From Acidobacteriota bacterium (GTDB lineage: Bacteria; Acidobacteriota; UBA6911; RPQK01; JAJDTT01), in the NCBI GenBank assembly GCA_965263035.1, contig OZ253580.1, forward strand, positions 288,001-352,000: DNA of 64,000 bases. Reading direction: 5' to 3'. The notes under the pieces are model-generated. The model ran no database searches. It had not been told where the DNA came from and saw only the letters and a program-made list of their open reading frames with translations. The position numbers and the translations under genes are program-made. Shown here piece by piece: positions 1 through 9,983 of this stretch (the first letter of the stretch is position 1; every line of letters begins with the position of its first letter).

Positions 1-576
1 TGTTTCCACATACTTACTGATCAGGTCCGATTCCAGGTTCAATCGATCTCCGACCGCCATCCTCCCGAAGTTCGTGACCGCCATGGTATGGGGGATGATT
101 GTGGCCTCAAAGCCCTTGGAATTCAACGCCGACAGCGTCAGGCTCACGCCGTTGACGGCGATGCTCCCCTTGAACGTGCAGTAGCGCAACACTTCCGCTG
201 GGGCTTCGATCCGGAAGATCCAGGAGTTCCCCTCGGGCCGCTTGGAGACCAGACGTCCGGGTGCGTCCACATGCCCCTGCACCAGATGTCCCCCCAGGAA
301 ATCGGAAAGCCTCGCCGCCGGCTCCAGGTTCAGTGGATCTCCGACTCGCCGGTCCGAAAGATTGGTGCGGAGAAGAGTTTCAGGCGTCGCCTCCACCTGG
401 AAGGTCGTCCCGGTCCTGCGGAACACCGTGAGACACACGCCGTCCACGCTGATGCTGTGGCCGATCTCCAACTCGCCGAGGAGCCCGGGGCTGCATTGCA
501 GGGTCAGCCGCGCGCCCCAGGGCCCCATTTCCTGCTCCCGGATGGGGGCCGTCTCCCTTACGATTCCGGTGAACAT
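1..576 (-). CDS. ribE: Riboflavin synthase alpha chain (3' end runs off the window)
   Basis: Manual translation from ATG at 576 gives MFTGIV...SISVDGVCLTV...LNLE...GGHLVQGHVD...KGSIAVNGVSLT...IPHT...LNLESDLISKYV, the riboflavin synthase motifs. Not in the ORF track because it is partial. Confidence 0.95.
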   Translation of the reverse strand, partial: MFTGIVRETAPIREQEMGPWGARLTLQCSPGLLGELEIGHSISVDGVCLTVFRRTGTTFQVEATPETLLRTNLSDRRVGDPLNLEPAARLSDFLGGHLVQGHVDAPGRLVSKRPEGNSWIFRIEAPAEVLRYCTFKGSIAVNGVSLTLSALNSKGFEATIIPHTMAVTNFGRMAVGDRLNLESDLISKYVET

Positions 577-693
577 TCGATTGCTATCCTCGCTTCGAGA
601 CGACCTCTCCGGTCAAATCGGTTGCCAGTTTACTACGACGCGGTGCAACAGCCGCAGGACCGGCGCTGTTTCTACGGCGCAGACTCCGAGCGG

Positions 694-1842
694 TCATTCG
701 TTCCGGAGTATCGATCTCAAAGATAGTTCCTCGATCATTTCGTGAAATCTGTCCAAGGCGGGCCGCAAGTCACTGTGCGGCAGGCCGAAACTCACCCGCA
801 CGAAGTGATCGATGGAAAAGTGATCCCCCGGTACGATCAGGACACTCTTTTCCAAGGCGAGTCGTTCCACCAGTTGAGTCGAGTTGATGTCGAAATGGTA
901 ACGAATGAAGGCGATCGCGCCAGCGTCCGGTGGCCTCAGGCTGAAGCTGCCCGGATGCAGATCCATCCAGCTTTGGAGTACTGGATAACCTCGACGGATG
1001 TAGGAACGAGTGCGGCGTAACAGCCAGGAGCGAACTTCGGGGGACAGAGCCAGGGCCGCCAGTTGGTTTGAGAGCATTGTCGCACTGATCGTCGTGTATT
1101 CATGGCGTGCCCAGATATCATCCACGATGCCGGCCGGCGCCGTTACCCAGCCGATCCTGAGGCCCGGTAGTCCGTAGGCCTTGCTCAGGCTCCCCGTTAC
1201 GAGGACCTTGTCGTACCGCCCATAAAAGGAAGGGGTCTCCTCGTCGGTGAGGCGCTCGGCCCCGGCATAGACTTCATCGGCGAGGATCCAGCTTCCGACC
1301 CGGTCAGCGATGTTGATGATGGCGTCCATCTCGGATTCGGAAAGAACGCACCCGGTCGGATTGTTGGGATTGCACACCGCTATCAGCCGGGTTCTGGCGG
1401 TCACCATTGACTCCAGTTCCGCCAGATCCGGCGTCCAGCCCGTTTCCTCCCGCAGATGAAAGGTCTTCAATGCAAGGCCATGGTTCTTGGCCAGTCCCCA
1501 GATCTGCATGTAATTCGGGAGCATTACAACGATCTCGTCACCGGCGGCCAGAAGGGTCTTCAGCACAAGGTAGTTGGCTTCAATCGCCCCGACCGTTACC
1601 AGGACGTTCTCCGGTGTTCCGCCTTGATAGAGCCGCGCGATGTTCTGCCGAAGCTTGGGTATCCCATTGGTGTGGGGGTAGTTCAGGTCGGTGTCCAGCA
1701 AGCTTTGCAGATAGCCGTTCTCCCGATCCACGAGTTCCCGGAGCAAGACCGGATGGACGCCGCTCTCGGAAAGATTGTATTTCACCTCCTTCTCGAGCCT
1801 GGAAAACATGCGTTCCATATGGAATGGCTGAAATACGTGCAT
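694..1842 (-). CDS. PLP-dependent aminotransferase class I/II
   Basis: NPNNPTG, DEVY and SLSKAYGLPGLRIGW (PLP lysine) motifs. Confidence 0.9.
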   Translation of the reverse strand: MHVFQPFHMERMFSRLEKEVKYNLSESGVHPVLLRELVDRENGYLQSLLDTDLNYPHTNGIPKLRQNIARLYQGGTPENVLVTVGAIEANYLVLKTLLAAGDEIVVMLPNYMQIWGLAKNHGLALKTFHLREETGWTPDLAELESMVTARTRLIAVCNPNNPTGCVLSESEMDAIINIADRVGSWILADEVYAGAERLTDEETPSFYGRYDKVLVTGSLSKAYGLPGLRIGWVTAPAGIVDDIWARHEYTTISATMLSNQLAALALSPEVRSWLLRRTRSYIRRGYPVLQSWMDLHPGSFSLRPPDAGAIAFIRYHFDINSTQLVERLALEKSVLIVPGDHFSIDHFVRVSFGLPHSDLRPALDRFHEMIEELSLRSILRNE

Positions 1843-2088
1843 GATTCCCGCTTCCTCTTACTCCTTTCTGTTCTTGCCTCGAACAGGTCAATTTTCCCCA
1901 AACATTTTTCCTGCGACGCAGGCTCTTAGGAGTCTGCGCGGTAGAAATGATCGTAGCGAGAAAGTGGGGAATCGAGGCCAGATTTTCTCGATTTGGAGGT
2001 GCATAGTTGTTCTATTCGCCGAGAAATCGGGGAAATATGGACCGATTCTACCGCTTTCGCAGTAGATCAATTTCTGCGGCGCAGGCTC

Positions 2089-2796
2089 CTAGCCTGCATT
2101 TCTCCGCTTGAGCCGGCGGACCTCCCAATCCGCAAGTTCCCGATATCGTCCCGGGGTCAGTCGTCCCAGCCTCAAGGGGCCGATTGCGACCCGTCTCAAC
2201 TTCATGATCAGGTGGCCGACGGCCTCGAACATGATCCGAAGCTGCCGATTCCTGCCCTGCACCAGAACCACCTCATACCAAGGGTTGTTCCCCGGCTCCA
2301 GCAAGCGGATCCGGCGGACCGCCATTCGTTTGCCTCCGGAACGAATCCCGCGTTGGAGGCGCCGAAGCGCGGCCGGCGAGGGACACCGCGCCACCTTGAC
2401 GTGGTAGACCTTCTCCAGGGTGCCGGCTCGGGTGATGGTCCGGACCAAGTCCCCGTCATTGGTGAGCAGCATCAGGCCCTCGCTCTGAAAGTCCAGCCGG
2501 CCCGCGGGAACCAACCGGACCCGGGAGGGGACCAGCTTGGTGACGACCGGCCGGCCACGGGGGTCGGAGACGGCGCTCAGAACGCCGCGCGGCTTGTTCA
2601 CGATGTAGTATTCGGTCCGCTCCGGGCGCAGAAGGACACCGTCGACCCGCACCTCGTCCCGGACCGGATCCGCCCGTGTTCCCACCCGGTCGACGACTTT
2701 CCCGTTGACTGTGACTCGGCCCTGGAGGATGAAGTCCTCGGACTTCCGCCGGGAAGCCAGGCCGGCATGAGCCATGATCTTCTGCAGTCGCCACAT
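2089..2796 (-). CDS. rluB: 23S rRNA pseudouridine synthase (RluB/RsuA family)
   Basis: N-terminal S4 domain (RLQKIMAHAGLASRR), catalytic GRLD motif, GRNRQLR; typical position after scpAB. Confidence 0.9.
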   Translation of the reverse strand: MWRLQKIMAHAGLASRRKSEDFILQGRVTVNGKVVDRVGTRADPVRDEVRVDGVLLRPERTEYYIVNKPRGVLSAVSDPRGRPVVTKLVPSRVRLVPAGRLDFQSEGLMLLTNDGDLVRTITRAGTLEKVYHVKVARCPSPAALRRLQRGIRSGGKRMAVRRIRLLEPGNNPWYEVVLVQGRNRQLRIMFEAVGHLIMKLRRVAIGPLRLGRLTPGRYRELADWEVRRLKRRNAG

Positions 2797-2850
2797 CGTT
2801 CTCTGAGAATCTTACGCGGCGTCACGACCTGACGCGAACCGAACTGGAAA

Positions 2851-2996
2851 GGAGGGGCGACTTCCAGTCGCCCCTCCTCTGCGCCCCCGTACGTCCATTA
2901 CGCCATGCCCCGTTCGGAGTTCGGCGGATGGAAACCGCCGCTCCCGTCCCTTTTATTCCGCGATTTCGCCGGACCCCGGCTGGTGGGGGAGCTTCT
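2851..2996. repeat. REP/REPIN-like element, subfamily A, copy 1
   Basis: Perfect hairpin ggaggggcgac-ttcca-gtcgcccctcc (2851-2877) and a second hairpin cggcggatggaaaccgccg; about 145 nt align in inverted orientation with 54929-55074. Confidence 0.85.
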
Positions 2997-3114
2997 ATTC
3001 AATTCCCGATTCCTGAAAAACGGTCAGATTTTACTATTCATAGCAAAACTCATGTCGAAATTTGCTATTGATAGAAAATACTCCCAGGTTGCCCCCAAGC
3101 GGTTGGGGGATTTT

Positions 3115-3648
3115 CTAACTGGAAAGAATCTCTTCGAACTCGGCGAGAGTCGGAAGCTCGTTCAGGTCATTGAGGCCGAAGTGGACCAGAAACTGCCGGC
3201 CGATCCCGTAGAGAATGGGGCGTCCCACCGTCTTCTTGCGGCCCTGAGCTTCGATGAGCTTCTTCTCCAGCAGGGTCCGTATCGTCGAGGTTCCTTTCAC
3301 GCCCCGGATTTCGGCGATCTCGGGCAGGGTCACCGGGTGCTTGTAGACAATGACCGCCAGCGTCTCGAGTGCGGCCAGCGAGAGTCGGGCCGATGGCCGG
3401 CTCTTCAGATATCGCCGGATGGTCTCGTGATGCCGGGCCTGGCTGTTCATCCGGTAGCCTCCGGCGACCTGCCGGATCTCCACCGAGTCCTGGACCGTGT
3501 TGAATTCTTCCGCCAACTCCTTCAGGAACCGAGCAAGGTCCTGGGAAGAAGTATCCGGAAAGACCTGGTGGAGCTGAAGGAGGGAGACAGGTTCCTTGGC
3601 GACGAAGAGTACGGCCAGGATCTGTGAAGCGAGCGGGTCCTTCAACAT
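3115..3648 (-). CDS. scpB: SMC-Scp complex subunit ScpB
   Basis: LSLAALETLAVIVYKHPVT...EIRGV...GRPILYG...FGL motifs. Confidence 0.95.
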   Translation of the reverse strand: MLKDPLASQILAVLFVAKEPVSLLQLHQVFPDTSSQDLARFLKELAEEFNTVQDSVEIRQVAGGYRMNSQARHHETIRRYLKSRPSARLSLAALETLAVIVYKHPVTLPEIAEIRGVKGTSTIRTLLEKKLIEAQGRKKTVGRPILYGIGRQFLVHFGLNDLNELPTLAEFEEILSS

Positions 3649-4355
3649 GCCACGATTCGAATGTCCTGAAACGCGCCTTTCTGGAAGAGGCGAATCTCAC
3701 CCAGACGAACCATCTCCAGGAGCGCCATGAGGGCGACCACCAGGTGGCGCCTGGAAATGCCCCGTTTGAAGAACAGGGAAAAGAAGAACTCTCCCTCCAA
3801 TTGAAGGAGCCGTCGAATCTCGTGGATCTTGCCTTCCAACGTCACCTCGTCTCGATCGATCTTCACCAGAATCCGGTCCTTGTACCGGTTCACGATCTGG
3901 TGAAACGCTCGGACCACGTCAAAGAGGTCGACCACGACCATCTCCTTCTCTTCCTCCTCGAACTCGTTCGCCCCTCGAGTCCAGGACGAGTGCTCCAGGA
4001 TCTCTCTTTCGTGGAGCAGGTGGGCCGCTTTCCTGAACTGCTCGTGCTGGAGCAGATCCCGGACCAGTTCCTCCCTGGGGTCTTCCTCCGGTTCCGGCTC
4101 GGACGAGTCGTCCTCAGGAAGGAGCATTCTGGACTTGATGTAGATCAGCGTGGCCGCCATGACCAGGTATTCACCGGCAACGGTCAGGTTCAGATTCCGC
4201 ATCAGTTGCAGGTAGTCGAGGTATTGCCGCGTCACCCGGGCGATGGGAATGTCCCGGATGTCCAATTCCTGGGTTCGGATCAGGTGGAGCAGCAGGTCCA
4301 GCGGGCCCTCGAAGACATCGAGCTGAACTTGGCACGTCTCGGATTCGGTCACCAT
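3642..4355 (-). CDS. scpA: Segregation/condensation protein A
   Basis: FEGPLDLLLHLI, YLVMAATLIYIKSRMLLP, ALLEMVR motifs. Confidence 0.95.
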   Translation of the reverse strand: MVTESETCQVQLDVFEGPLDLLLHLIRTQELDIRDIPIARVTRQYLDYLQLMRNLNLTVAGEYLVMAATLIYIKSRMLLPEDDSSEPEPEEDPREELVRDLLQHEQFRKAAHLLHEREILEHSSWTRGANEFEEEEKEMVVVDLFDVVRAFHQIVNRYKDRILVKIDRDEVTLEGKIHEIRRLLQLEGEFFFSLFFKRGISRRHLVVALMALLEMVRLGEIRLFQKGAFQDIRIVAC

Positions 4356-5383
4356 TTCGAACGCCGGTCATAATCTATCCTCATGGCCTGACGCACCTCG
4401 CCCAGAGTCTCCCGGGCACGGCCCCGGACCCGCCGGCTGCCCTCCACCAGAATCTCCTTCACTCTCTCCCGGTCTCCCTCCAAATCGAGCCGCTTCTGGT
4501 GCAAGGGCTCCACGACCGGGATCATTCCCTCCAGCAGCCGGCGCTTGCAGTCGATGCAACCGATCTTCGCCGTCCGGCAACCCTGGGCCGCCCACGCCTG
4601 CCCCTCGGGCGGCGTGAAGACCTTGTGGTGGTCGAAGACCGGACACACGTCCGGGTTTCCCGGGTCGGTCCGGCGCACCCGTGCCGGGTCGGTGACCATG
4701 GTCATGACCTTGCGGCGGATCTTGGCCGGATCTTCGGACATCTGGATCACGTTGCCGTAGCTCTTGCTCATCTTCCGGCCATCGGTGCCCGGTAGCCGCG
4801 GATTGGTGGTGAGCTTGGCCTGGGGCTCGGGAAAGACCCGGCCGAAGAAATGGTTGAAGCGCCGGGCGATCTCCCGCACCAACTCCAAGTGGGAAACCTG
4901 ATCCTCGCCCACGGGCACCACTTCCCCCTTGTAGATCAGGATGTCCGCCGCCTGCAGAACCGGATATCCCAGGAAGCCGTAGTTCGAGAGATCCTTCTCC
5001 CGGAGCTGCATGACCTGCTCCTTGTAGGTGGGGACCCGCTCCAGCCAGGGCACGGGAACCACCATGGACAAGAGCAGATGGAGCTCGGCATGCTCCGGCA
5101 CCAGAGACTGGATCATCAGGGCCGATTTTTCAGGATCGAGCCCGGCCGCGATCCAGTCGATGGCGATCTCGATCACGTTGTCCTGCACCGCGCGGGTATC
5201 CTGATACTCGGAGGTCAACGCGTGCCAATCCACGATCCCGTAGATGCAGTCGTACTCCTCCTGCATGCCGACCCAGTTGTCCAGGGCGCCGATGAGGTGC
5301 CCCAGATGCAACCGGCCCGTCGGCCTCATTCCGCTGAAAACCCGTTTCTTGGTCACGATTCCGGTCTCCCAATGAACTCGCAC
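4349..5383 (-). CDS. trpS: Tryptophan--tRNA ligase
   Basis: SGMRPTGRLHLGH (HIGH), YPVLQAADIL, VPVGEDQ, KMSKS; real start may be the GTG a few codons downstream. Confidence 0.97.
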   Translation of the reverse strand: MRVHWETGIVTKKRVFSGMRPTGRLHLGHLIGALDNWVGMQEEYDCIYGIVDWHALTSEYQDTRAVQDNVIEIAIDWIAAGLDPEKSALMIQSLVPEHAELHLLLSMVVPVPWLERVPTYKEQVMQLREKDLSNYGFLGYPVLQAADILIYKGEVVPVGEDQVSHLELVREIARRFNHFFGRVFPEPQAKLTTNPRLPGTDGRKMSKSYGNVIQMSEDPAKIRRKVMTMVTDPARVRRTDPGNPDVCPVFDHHKVFTPPEGQAWAAQGCRTAKIGCIDCKRRLLEGMIPVVEPLHQKRLDLEGDRERVKEILVEGSRRVRGRARETLGEVRQAMRIDYDRRSKW

Positions 5384-5469
5384 AGACTACCCGCCGCCAC
5401 TGCCGTCCTCCACATTCGAAAGCGACGCCCATGATTTACCAGATCCCCCCGTCTCGCAACCGGGCGCAC

Positions 5470-5613
5470 GAGGGGCGACCAGGAGTGGCGACTTTCTTGT
5501 CGCCTGCTCCGGACTGTACAGGGGGGACTAATCGTCCCCCCTTGCCCCCCCTGGTCGGCGACAAGAAAGTCGCCGCTCCACCCCCCAATCGGCGGCAAGA
5601 GAGTCGCCGCTCC
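5470..5613. repeat. REP/REPIN-like element, subfamily B, copy 1
   Basis: ggagtggcgactttcttgtcgcc ... gggggactaatcgtccccc ... ggcgacaagaaagtcgccgctcc ... ggcggcaagagagtcgccgctcc; same units at 23811/24470, 36422 and 59676. Confidence 0.85.
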
Positions 5614-5678
5614 GTGACCGCCGCTCTCATTTGTAGCTCCTCATACGCCGTTCCTCTCATTCGCTATAATAGCGCGCT

Positions 5679-6482
5679 GTGAGTGCCCTTCTTTTCAATA
5701 CCGCCTTTGCATTTTATGTGGCCGGACTCGGCATCAGCACGCTGGTCTTCTTCTCCAACAAGACGGCCCTCTTCCGGATTGCGGTCATTACGGTGGGAAT
5801 CGGCTTCGGGCTGCATTCCGGCTTCCTCATCGCTTCCGCCGTGGAGACGGCACGCTTCCCGCTCACCGGTCTTCGCGATTCGTTGGCGTTCTTCGCCTGG
5901 ACCGTCTCCCTTTGCTTTTTCGTTTCCTACGTCAGGTACCGGATCCGGGCCCTGAGCACTTTTCTGCTGCCGGCGGTGGCGGCACTGATGCTGGGAACGG
6001 TCTTTCTGAAGGCCTCCCCCATAACGCCCATGCTTCGCAGCGCCTGGCTCTACGTGCATACCCCGCTCATGTTTCTGGCCTACGGCATGTTTCTGGTCAC
6101 CTTCGTGGCGGGCGCCCTCTACGTGTTCCAGGAACGGGAGCTCAAGTACAAGAAACCCAAGACCTTCTACTACCAGCTCCCTTCCCTGACCACGCTGGAC
6201 GACCTTTTCCTGAAGTTCCTGGTGGCCGGCTTCTGCTTCATGACCGCCGGACTCCTGACCGGGATCGTCTGGGCCGAGCAGGACTGGGTCAACGGATGGC
6301 ACAAGGATCCCAAGGTCATTTCGGCCATGGTCACCTGGTGCATCTATCTGGCTCTGATCTACCTGCGGCTGACGGCGGGTTGGCGAGGAAAGAGAGCCGC
6401 GGTGGTGAGCATGGCCGGATTCCTGTGGGTGCTGTTCACCTATTTGGGCGCCAGCTACTTTGGAGGCCTACACCAGTTCTAG
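5679..6482 (+). CDS. ccsA: Cytochrome c biogenesis protein CcsA / HemX-like membrane protein
   Basis: Multi-TM protein with a WWD-type segment (GIVWAEQDWVNGWHKDPK), conserved His, GWRGKRAA; upstream of hemA. Confidence 0.85.
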   Translation: MSALLFNTAFAFYVAGLGISTLVFFSNKTALFRIAVITVGIGFGLHSGFLIASAVETARFPLTGLRDSLAFFAWTVSLCFFVSYVRYRIRALSTFLLPAVAALMLGTVFLKASPITPMLRSAWLYVHTPLMFLAYGMFLVTFVAGALYVFQERELKYKKPKTFYYQLPSLTTLDDLFLKFLVAGFCFMTAGLLTGIVWAEQDWVNGWHKDPKVISAMVTWCIYLALIYLRLTAGWRGKRAAVVSMAGFLWVLFTYLGASYFGGLHQF

Positions 6483-6515
6483 CCCCTCCAATTGCGGAGC
6501 GGAGAGATCTCGAAC

Positions 6516-7781
6516 ATGCATCCTGTGCTGGTCGGACTGAGCCACAAGACGGCTCCCATCGAGATTCGGGAACAGGTCGCCTTCCGCGAGGAAGCGGTCG
6601 CGTCCGCCCTGGCGACGTTGCGCCGGGAATACCAGCTACGGGAGAGCATGATCCTGTCGACCTGCAATCGGGTCGAGATTCTGGCCCAGGGTGGAGACGA
6701 CAAAGAGGCCATCCACGGCATCAAGGACTTCCTGCACCGCTACCACTCGCTGGAGCCCGATTCGCTGGAACATTACCTGTACGCCCTGAGAGAGCAGGAT
6801 GCAGTCGTGCACGTGTTCCGGGTGGCCAGCAGCCTCGACTCCATGATTCCGGGAGAGGCCCAGATCCTGGGACAGTTGAAACAGGCGTACGCCGTGTCGG
6901 GTCAGGCGGGAGCCGCGGGAACGGCGTTGAAAACCCTTCTTCCATCGTCGTTTCGGGTCGCCAAACGGGTCCGGACCGATACCGGAATCTCCCAATCCGC
7001 GGTCTCGGTGAGCTCCGTGGCGGTGGAACTGGCCCGAAAGATCTTCGGGAGTCTCAAGAGCAAGTCGGTTCTTCTCCTGGGGGCGGGCAAGATGGCCGAA
7101 CTGGCCACCCGCAGCCTGGTCCGCTCCGGGATCTCCCGGGTCTTCGTCGCCAGCCGGACCGAGGCCCGGTCCCGGCAACTGGCTTCCCTGTTCGGCGCGA
7201 CGTCCATTCCCATGGCGGACCTGGAGGAACGCCTCCCCGAATCGGACATCCTCCTGGTCTCCACCAGCTCCGACTCCTACGTCCTGGGACCTGAAGCCGT
7301 CGACACCGCGGTCCACCGGCGCAAGTACGCACCCTTGTTCATCATCGACATCGCGGTGCCCAGGAACGTGGACCCGCGGGTGAACCAGATCGAGAACGTC
7401 TTCCTTTACGACATCGATGATCTGCAGACGGTGATCGGCGCCAATCTGCGAGAACGCCGGCGCGAGGCCGAGTTGGCCGAGGAGATCGTCTTGCAGGAAT
7501 CCGAGCGCCACATGCAGCGCGTCGCCTCCATGAGCCTGGGGCCGCTCATCGCCGGCCTCCGTGGCCGCATCGAAGAGATCTGCCTGGCTCAACTGGAACC
7601 GAGCCGCCAGGGAATGACCGACGCCGATTCCGACCGGATGGAACAGATTCTTCGCCAGACGGCCCGCCGGATCGCGCACCCCATCATCATGGAGATCAAG
7701 GCGCCGGCCCAGGACCCGCAACGGCGATTGCACAACATCCAGATGATCAAGCAGGCATTCGGTCTGGACAAAGGGGAATGA
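6516..7781 (+). CDS. hemA: Glutamyl-tRNA reductase
   Basis: GLSHKTAP, STCNRVE, SLDSMIPGEAQILGQ, GAGKMA, DIAVPRNV; ATG at 6516 follows a GGAGAG RBS. Confidence 0.97.
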   Translation: MHPVLVGLSHKTAPIEIREQVAFREEAVASALATLRREYQLRESMILSTCNRVEILAQGGDDKEAIHGIKDFLHRYHSLEPDSLEHYLYALREQDAVVHVFRVASSLDSMIPGEAQILGQLKQAYAVSGQAGAAGTALKTLLPSSFRVAKRVRTDTGISQSAVSVSSVAVELARKIFGSLKSKSVLLLGAGKMAELATRSLVRSGISRVFVASRTEARSRQLASLFGATSIPMADLEERLPESDILLVSTSSDSYVLGPEAVDTAVHRRKYAPLFIIDIAVPRNVDPRVNQIENVFLYDIDDLQTVIGANLRERRREAELAEEIVLQESERHMQRVASMSLGPLIAGLRGRIEEICLAQLEPSRQGMTDADSDRMEQILRQTARRIAHPIIMEIKAPAQDPQRRLHNIQMIKQAFGLDKGE

Positions 7782-8716
7782 GACGAATCCGCGTGGGGTC
7801 GCGCGGCAGCCCCCTGGCGCTGCGGCAGGCCGAGATCGTCTGCCATGAGCTGGAGCGGCGCCACCCCGATGTCGAAACCGGGATCCGGGTGATCCGGACC
7901 AGCGGAGACCAGCCGCGGCCCGAACCGCAGTTTACGGGACTCTCGGTGAAGCGGATGTTCGTCAAGGAGATCGAGGACGCCCTTTTGAAGGAAGAGATCG
8001 ATCTGGCGATCCACAGCCTCAAGGACCTGCCCTCCGAGCTGCCTCATGGGCTCTGCCTGGCCGCCATTCCCGAACGCGAGGATCCGCGCGACGCATTGGT
8101 CTCGTCAGCCCGGATCGGATGCCCGGAGGAGATCCCACGGAACGGCCGGATCGGCACCAGCTCGCTTCGGCGGACCGTCCAGTTGAGGCTCCTGCGGCCC
8201 GATCTGGAGATTGTCCCGCTGCGGGGGAACGTGGGGACGCGAATCCGGAAGATGGAGGAGCAGCGCCTGGACGGGATCGTCCTGGCGGCGGCCGGTCTCA
8301 AGCGCCTCGGTCTGGAAGACCGGATCGCCTTCACCTTCTCTCAGGACGAGATGTTGTCCGCCATCGGTCAGGGCGCCCTGGCCGTGGAATGCCGGTGCGA
8401 CGACCGGCAGACCCGGGAGTTGCTGGCTTCCATCGACCATCCTCCAACCCGCGCCTGCACCGATGCCGAACGCCGGTTCCTGGAGCGGATGGGCGGAGGC
8501 TGCCAGGTCCCCATGGGGGCGTATGCTTCCCTCACGTCCGAGGGCGGCAAATTTCACGCCCTTCTGGCGAGCCCTTCCCGGTCCGTCAGCCTCCGTTACC
8601 GCAGCCACGGATCCGAAGAAGAGCTTTCGCAGATGGCCCTGGACGCCGCCGAGTCGATCCTCTCCCGGGGTGGCGACGAAATCCTGCGGGAACTGGAGGA
8701 AGGGGGCCCGGTGTGA
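7778..8716 (+). CDS. hemC: Hydroxymethylbilane synthase (porphobilinogen deaminase)
   Basis: GSRGSPLALRQ, HSLKDLP, GTSSLRR, RGNVGTR, GGCQVP. Confidence 0.97.
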   Translation: MRRIRVGSRGSPLALRQAEIVCHELERRHPDVETGIRVIRTSGDQPRPEPQFTGLSVKRMFVKEIEDALLKEEIDLAIHSLKDLPSELPHGLCLAAIPEREDPRDALVSSARIGCPEEIPRNGRIGTSSLRRTVQLRLLRPDLEIVPLRGNVGTRIRKMEEQRLDGIVLAAAGLKRLGLEDRIAFTFSQDEMLSAIGQGALAVECRCDDRQTRELLASIDHPPTRACTDAERRFLERMGGGCQVPMGAYASLTSEGGKFHALLASPSRSVSLRYRSHGSEEELSQMALDAAESILSRGGDEILRELEEGGPV

Positions 8717-9516
8717 GACCACCACTGGAAGGACGGAGGATCCTGGTGACCCGAAGCCGCAGCCAAGTGGGGGAGTTCTCCCGGCTTCTGCGGCACGCGG
8801 GAGCTGACGTGGTGGAGATCCCGGCCATCGAGATCGTCCCCCGGCCCCATCGGGAGCTTGATCCTTGCATCTCTCGGACCCACCGTTTCGACTGGCTCTT
8901 TTTCACCAGCGTCAACGGCGCGGAGATCTTCCTCTCGCGCGCCCGCGAGTTGGACTCGCCGTTGCCCGGGAAAGACGGCACGTCCCCCAGAATCTGCGCC
9001 ATCGGACCGGCCACGGCCCGGAGAGTGGAACAATTCGGCTGGGAGGTTCACCTGGTGCCGGAGCGTTACCAGGCAGAGGGTGTGCTGGAGGCGTTTCTGG
9101 AACGTCACTCGAACCGGATCGAAGGCCTGAGCATCCTGATTCCGAGAGCCAGCCAAGCCCGCTCCCTGTTGCCCCGGGAACTGAGCCGGCACGGCGCTCA
9201 CGTGGAAGTCGTTCCCGTCTACGACACGGTGGTCCCGGAAGAGAGTCGATTGGCGCTCAAGCAGGCCCTCGCCGCAGGCGCACCGGATCTCATCACCTTC
9301 ACCAGTTCCTCAACGGTTCGCCATCTGCTGAATCTGGCGAGGGACCCGGACCGAGTCCGGTCCGTTCCCTGCGCGGCAATCGGACCGATCACCGCGGCCA
9401 CGGCCCGCGAGCATGGATTCCAAGTGGCCGTTGAATCCCAGGAATCCACCATCCCGGGGCTTTTCGACACCATTTGCGGATATTGCGATTGGAAGGCTGA
9501 CCGGAGCAGACCTTGA
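8713..9516 (+). CDS. hemD: Uroporphyrinogen-III synthase
   Basis: GTG start overlaps the hemC stop (GTGA); RILVTR, FTSVNG, AIGPATA, FTSSSTV motifs. Confidence 0.93.
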   Translation: MRPPLEGRRILVTRSRSQVGEFSRLLRHAGADVVEIPAIEIVPRPHRELDPCISRTHRFDWLFFTSVNGAEIFLSRARELDSPLPGKDGTSPRICAIGPATARRVEQFGWEVHLVPERYQAEGVLEAFLERHSNRIEGLSILIPRASQARSLLPRELSRHGAHVEVVPVYDTVVPEESRLALKQALAAGAPDLITFTSSSTVRHLLNLARDPDRVRSVPCAAIGPITAATAREHGFQVAVESQESTIPGLFDTICGYCDWKADRSRP

Positions 9517-9734
9517 AGGAGTCCGCACTCGACCACATATCCGTCGACAGCTTTCCTGATGGCTTCGATTCGATGGTTCCAGTTGCGCTCACACGCGAAT
9601 CAGAATTCCGCGTCGCGGAACGAACAACATAGGCCCCCAGGGCCAACCGATATCGATCCTCTACGACAAATGGCGCGGACTGGTAAACTTCGAGAAACGT
9701 TGGAAACCGGGCCAACGCCCGAAGGAGATTCGTC

Positions 9735-9983
9735 ATGCAGACAGATGTGGTGCAAGGGCGCGTTTCCCCTCAAGAGCAATCATCGGGGACATCGTCCGAT
9801 CTGACCGATGAGGCTCGTTTGCGCACCGCGAGGTGGGCATTTCGGCGTTTCTATGGGCAGTGTTTCTGGTACCTGCGCGCTGACCTAGAAATAACGCTCG
9901 CAGACCTGCCAATGATTGTCGATGGTCTGAGAAAGAACGGCGGCCATTCCGGATTTCTGCTAGCCGCGAAGCTATGCCGCTAA
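9735..9983 (+). CDS. Small hypothetical protein, candidate antitoxin partner of the downstream nucleotidyltransferase
   Basis: 82 aa, AAGGAG RBS, overlaps the next gene by 10 nt. Confidence 0.6.
   Translation: MQTDVVQGRVSPQEQSSGTSSDLTDEARLRTARWAFRRFYGQCFWYLRADLEITLADLPMIVDGLRKNGGHSGFLLAAKLCR

Noticed and set aside
577-693. Possible FMN riboswitch upstream of ribE
   Set aside because: A hairpin is present, but the conserved RFN motifs are not.
5470-5613. Palindromic repeats as a CRISPR array
   Set aside because: Units are degenerate, inverted and irregularly spaced, and no cas genes are present; REP-like instead.
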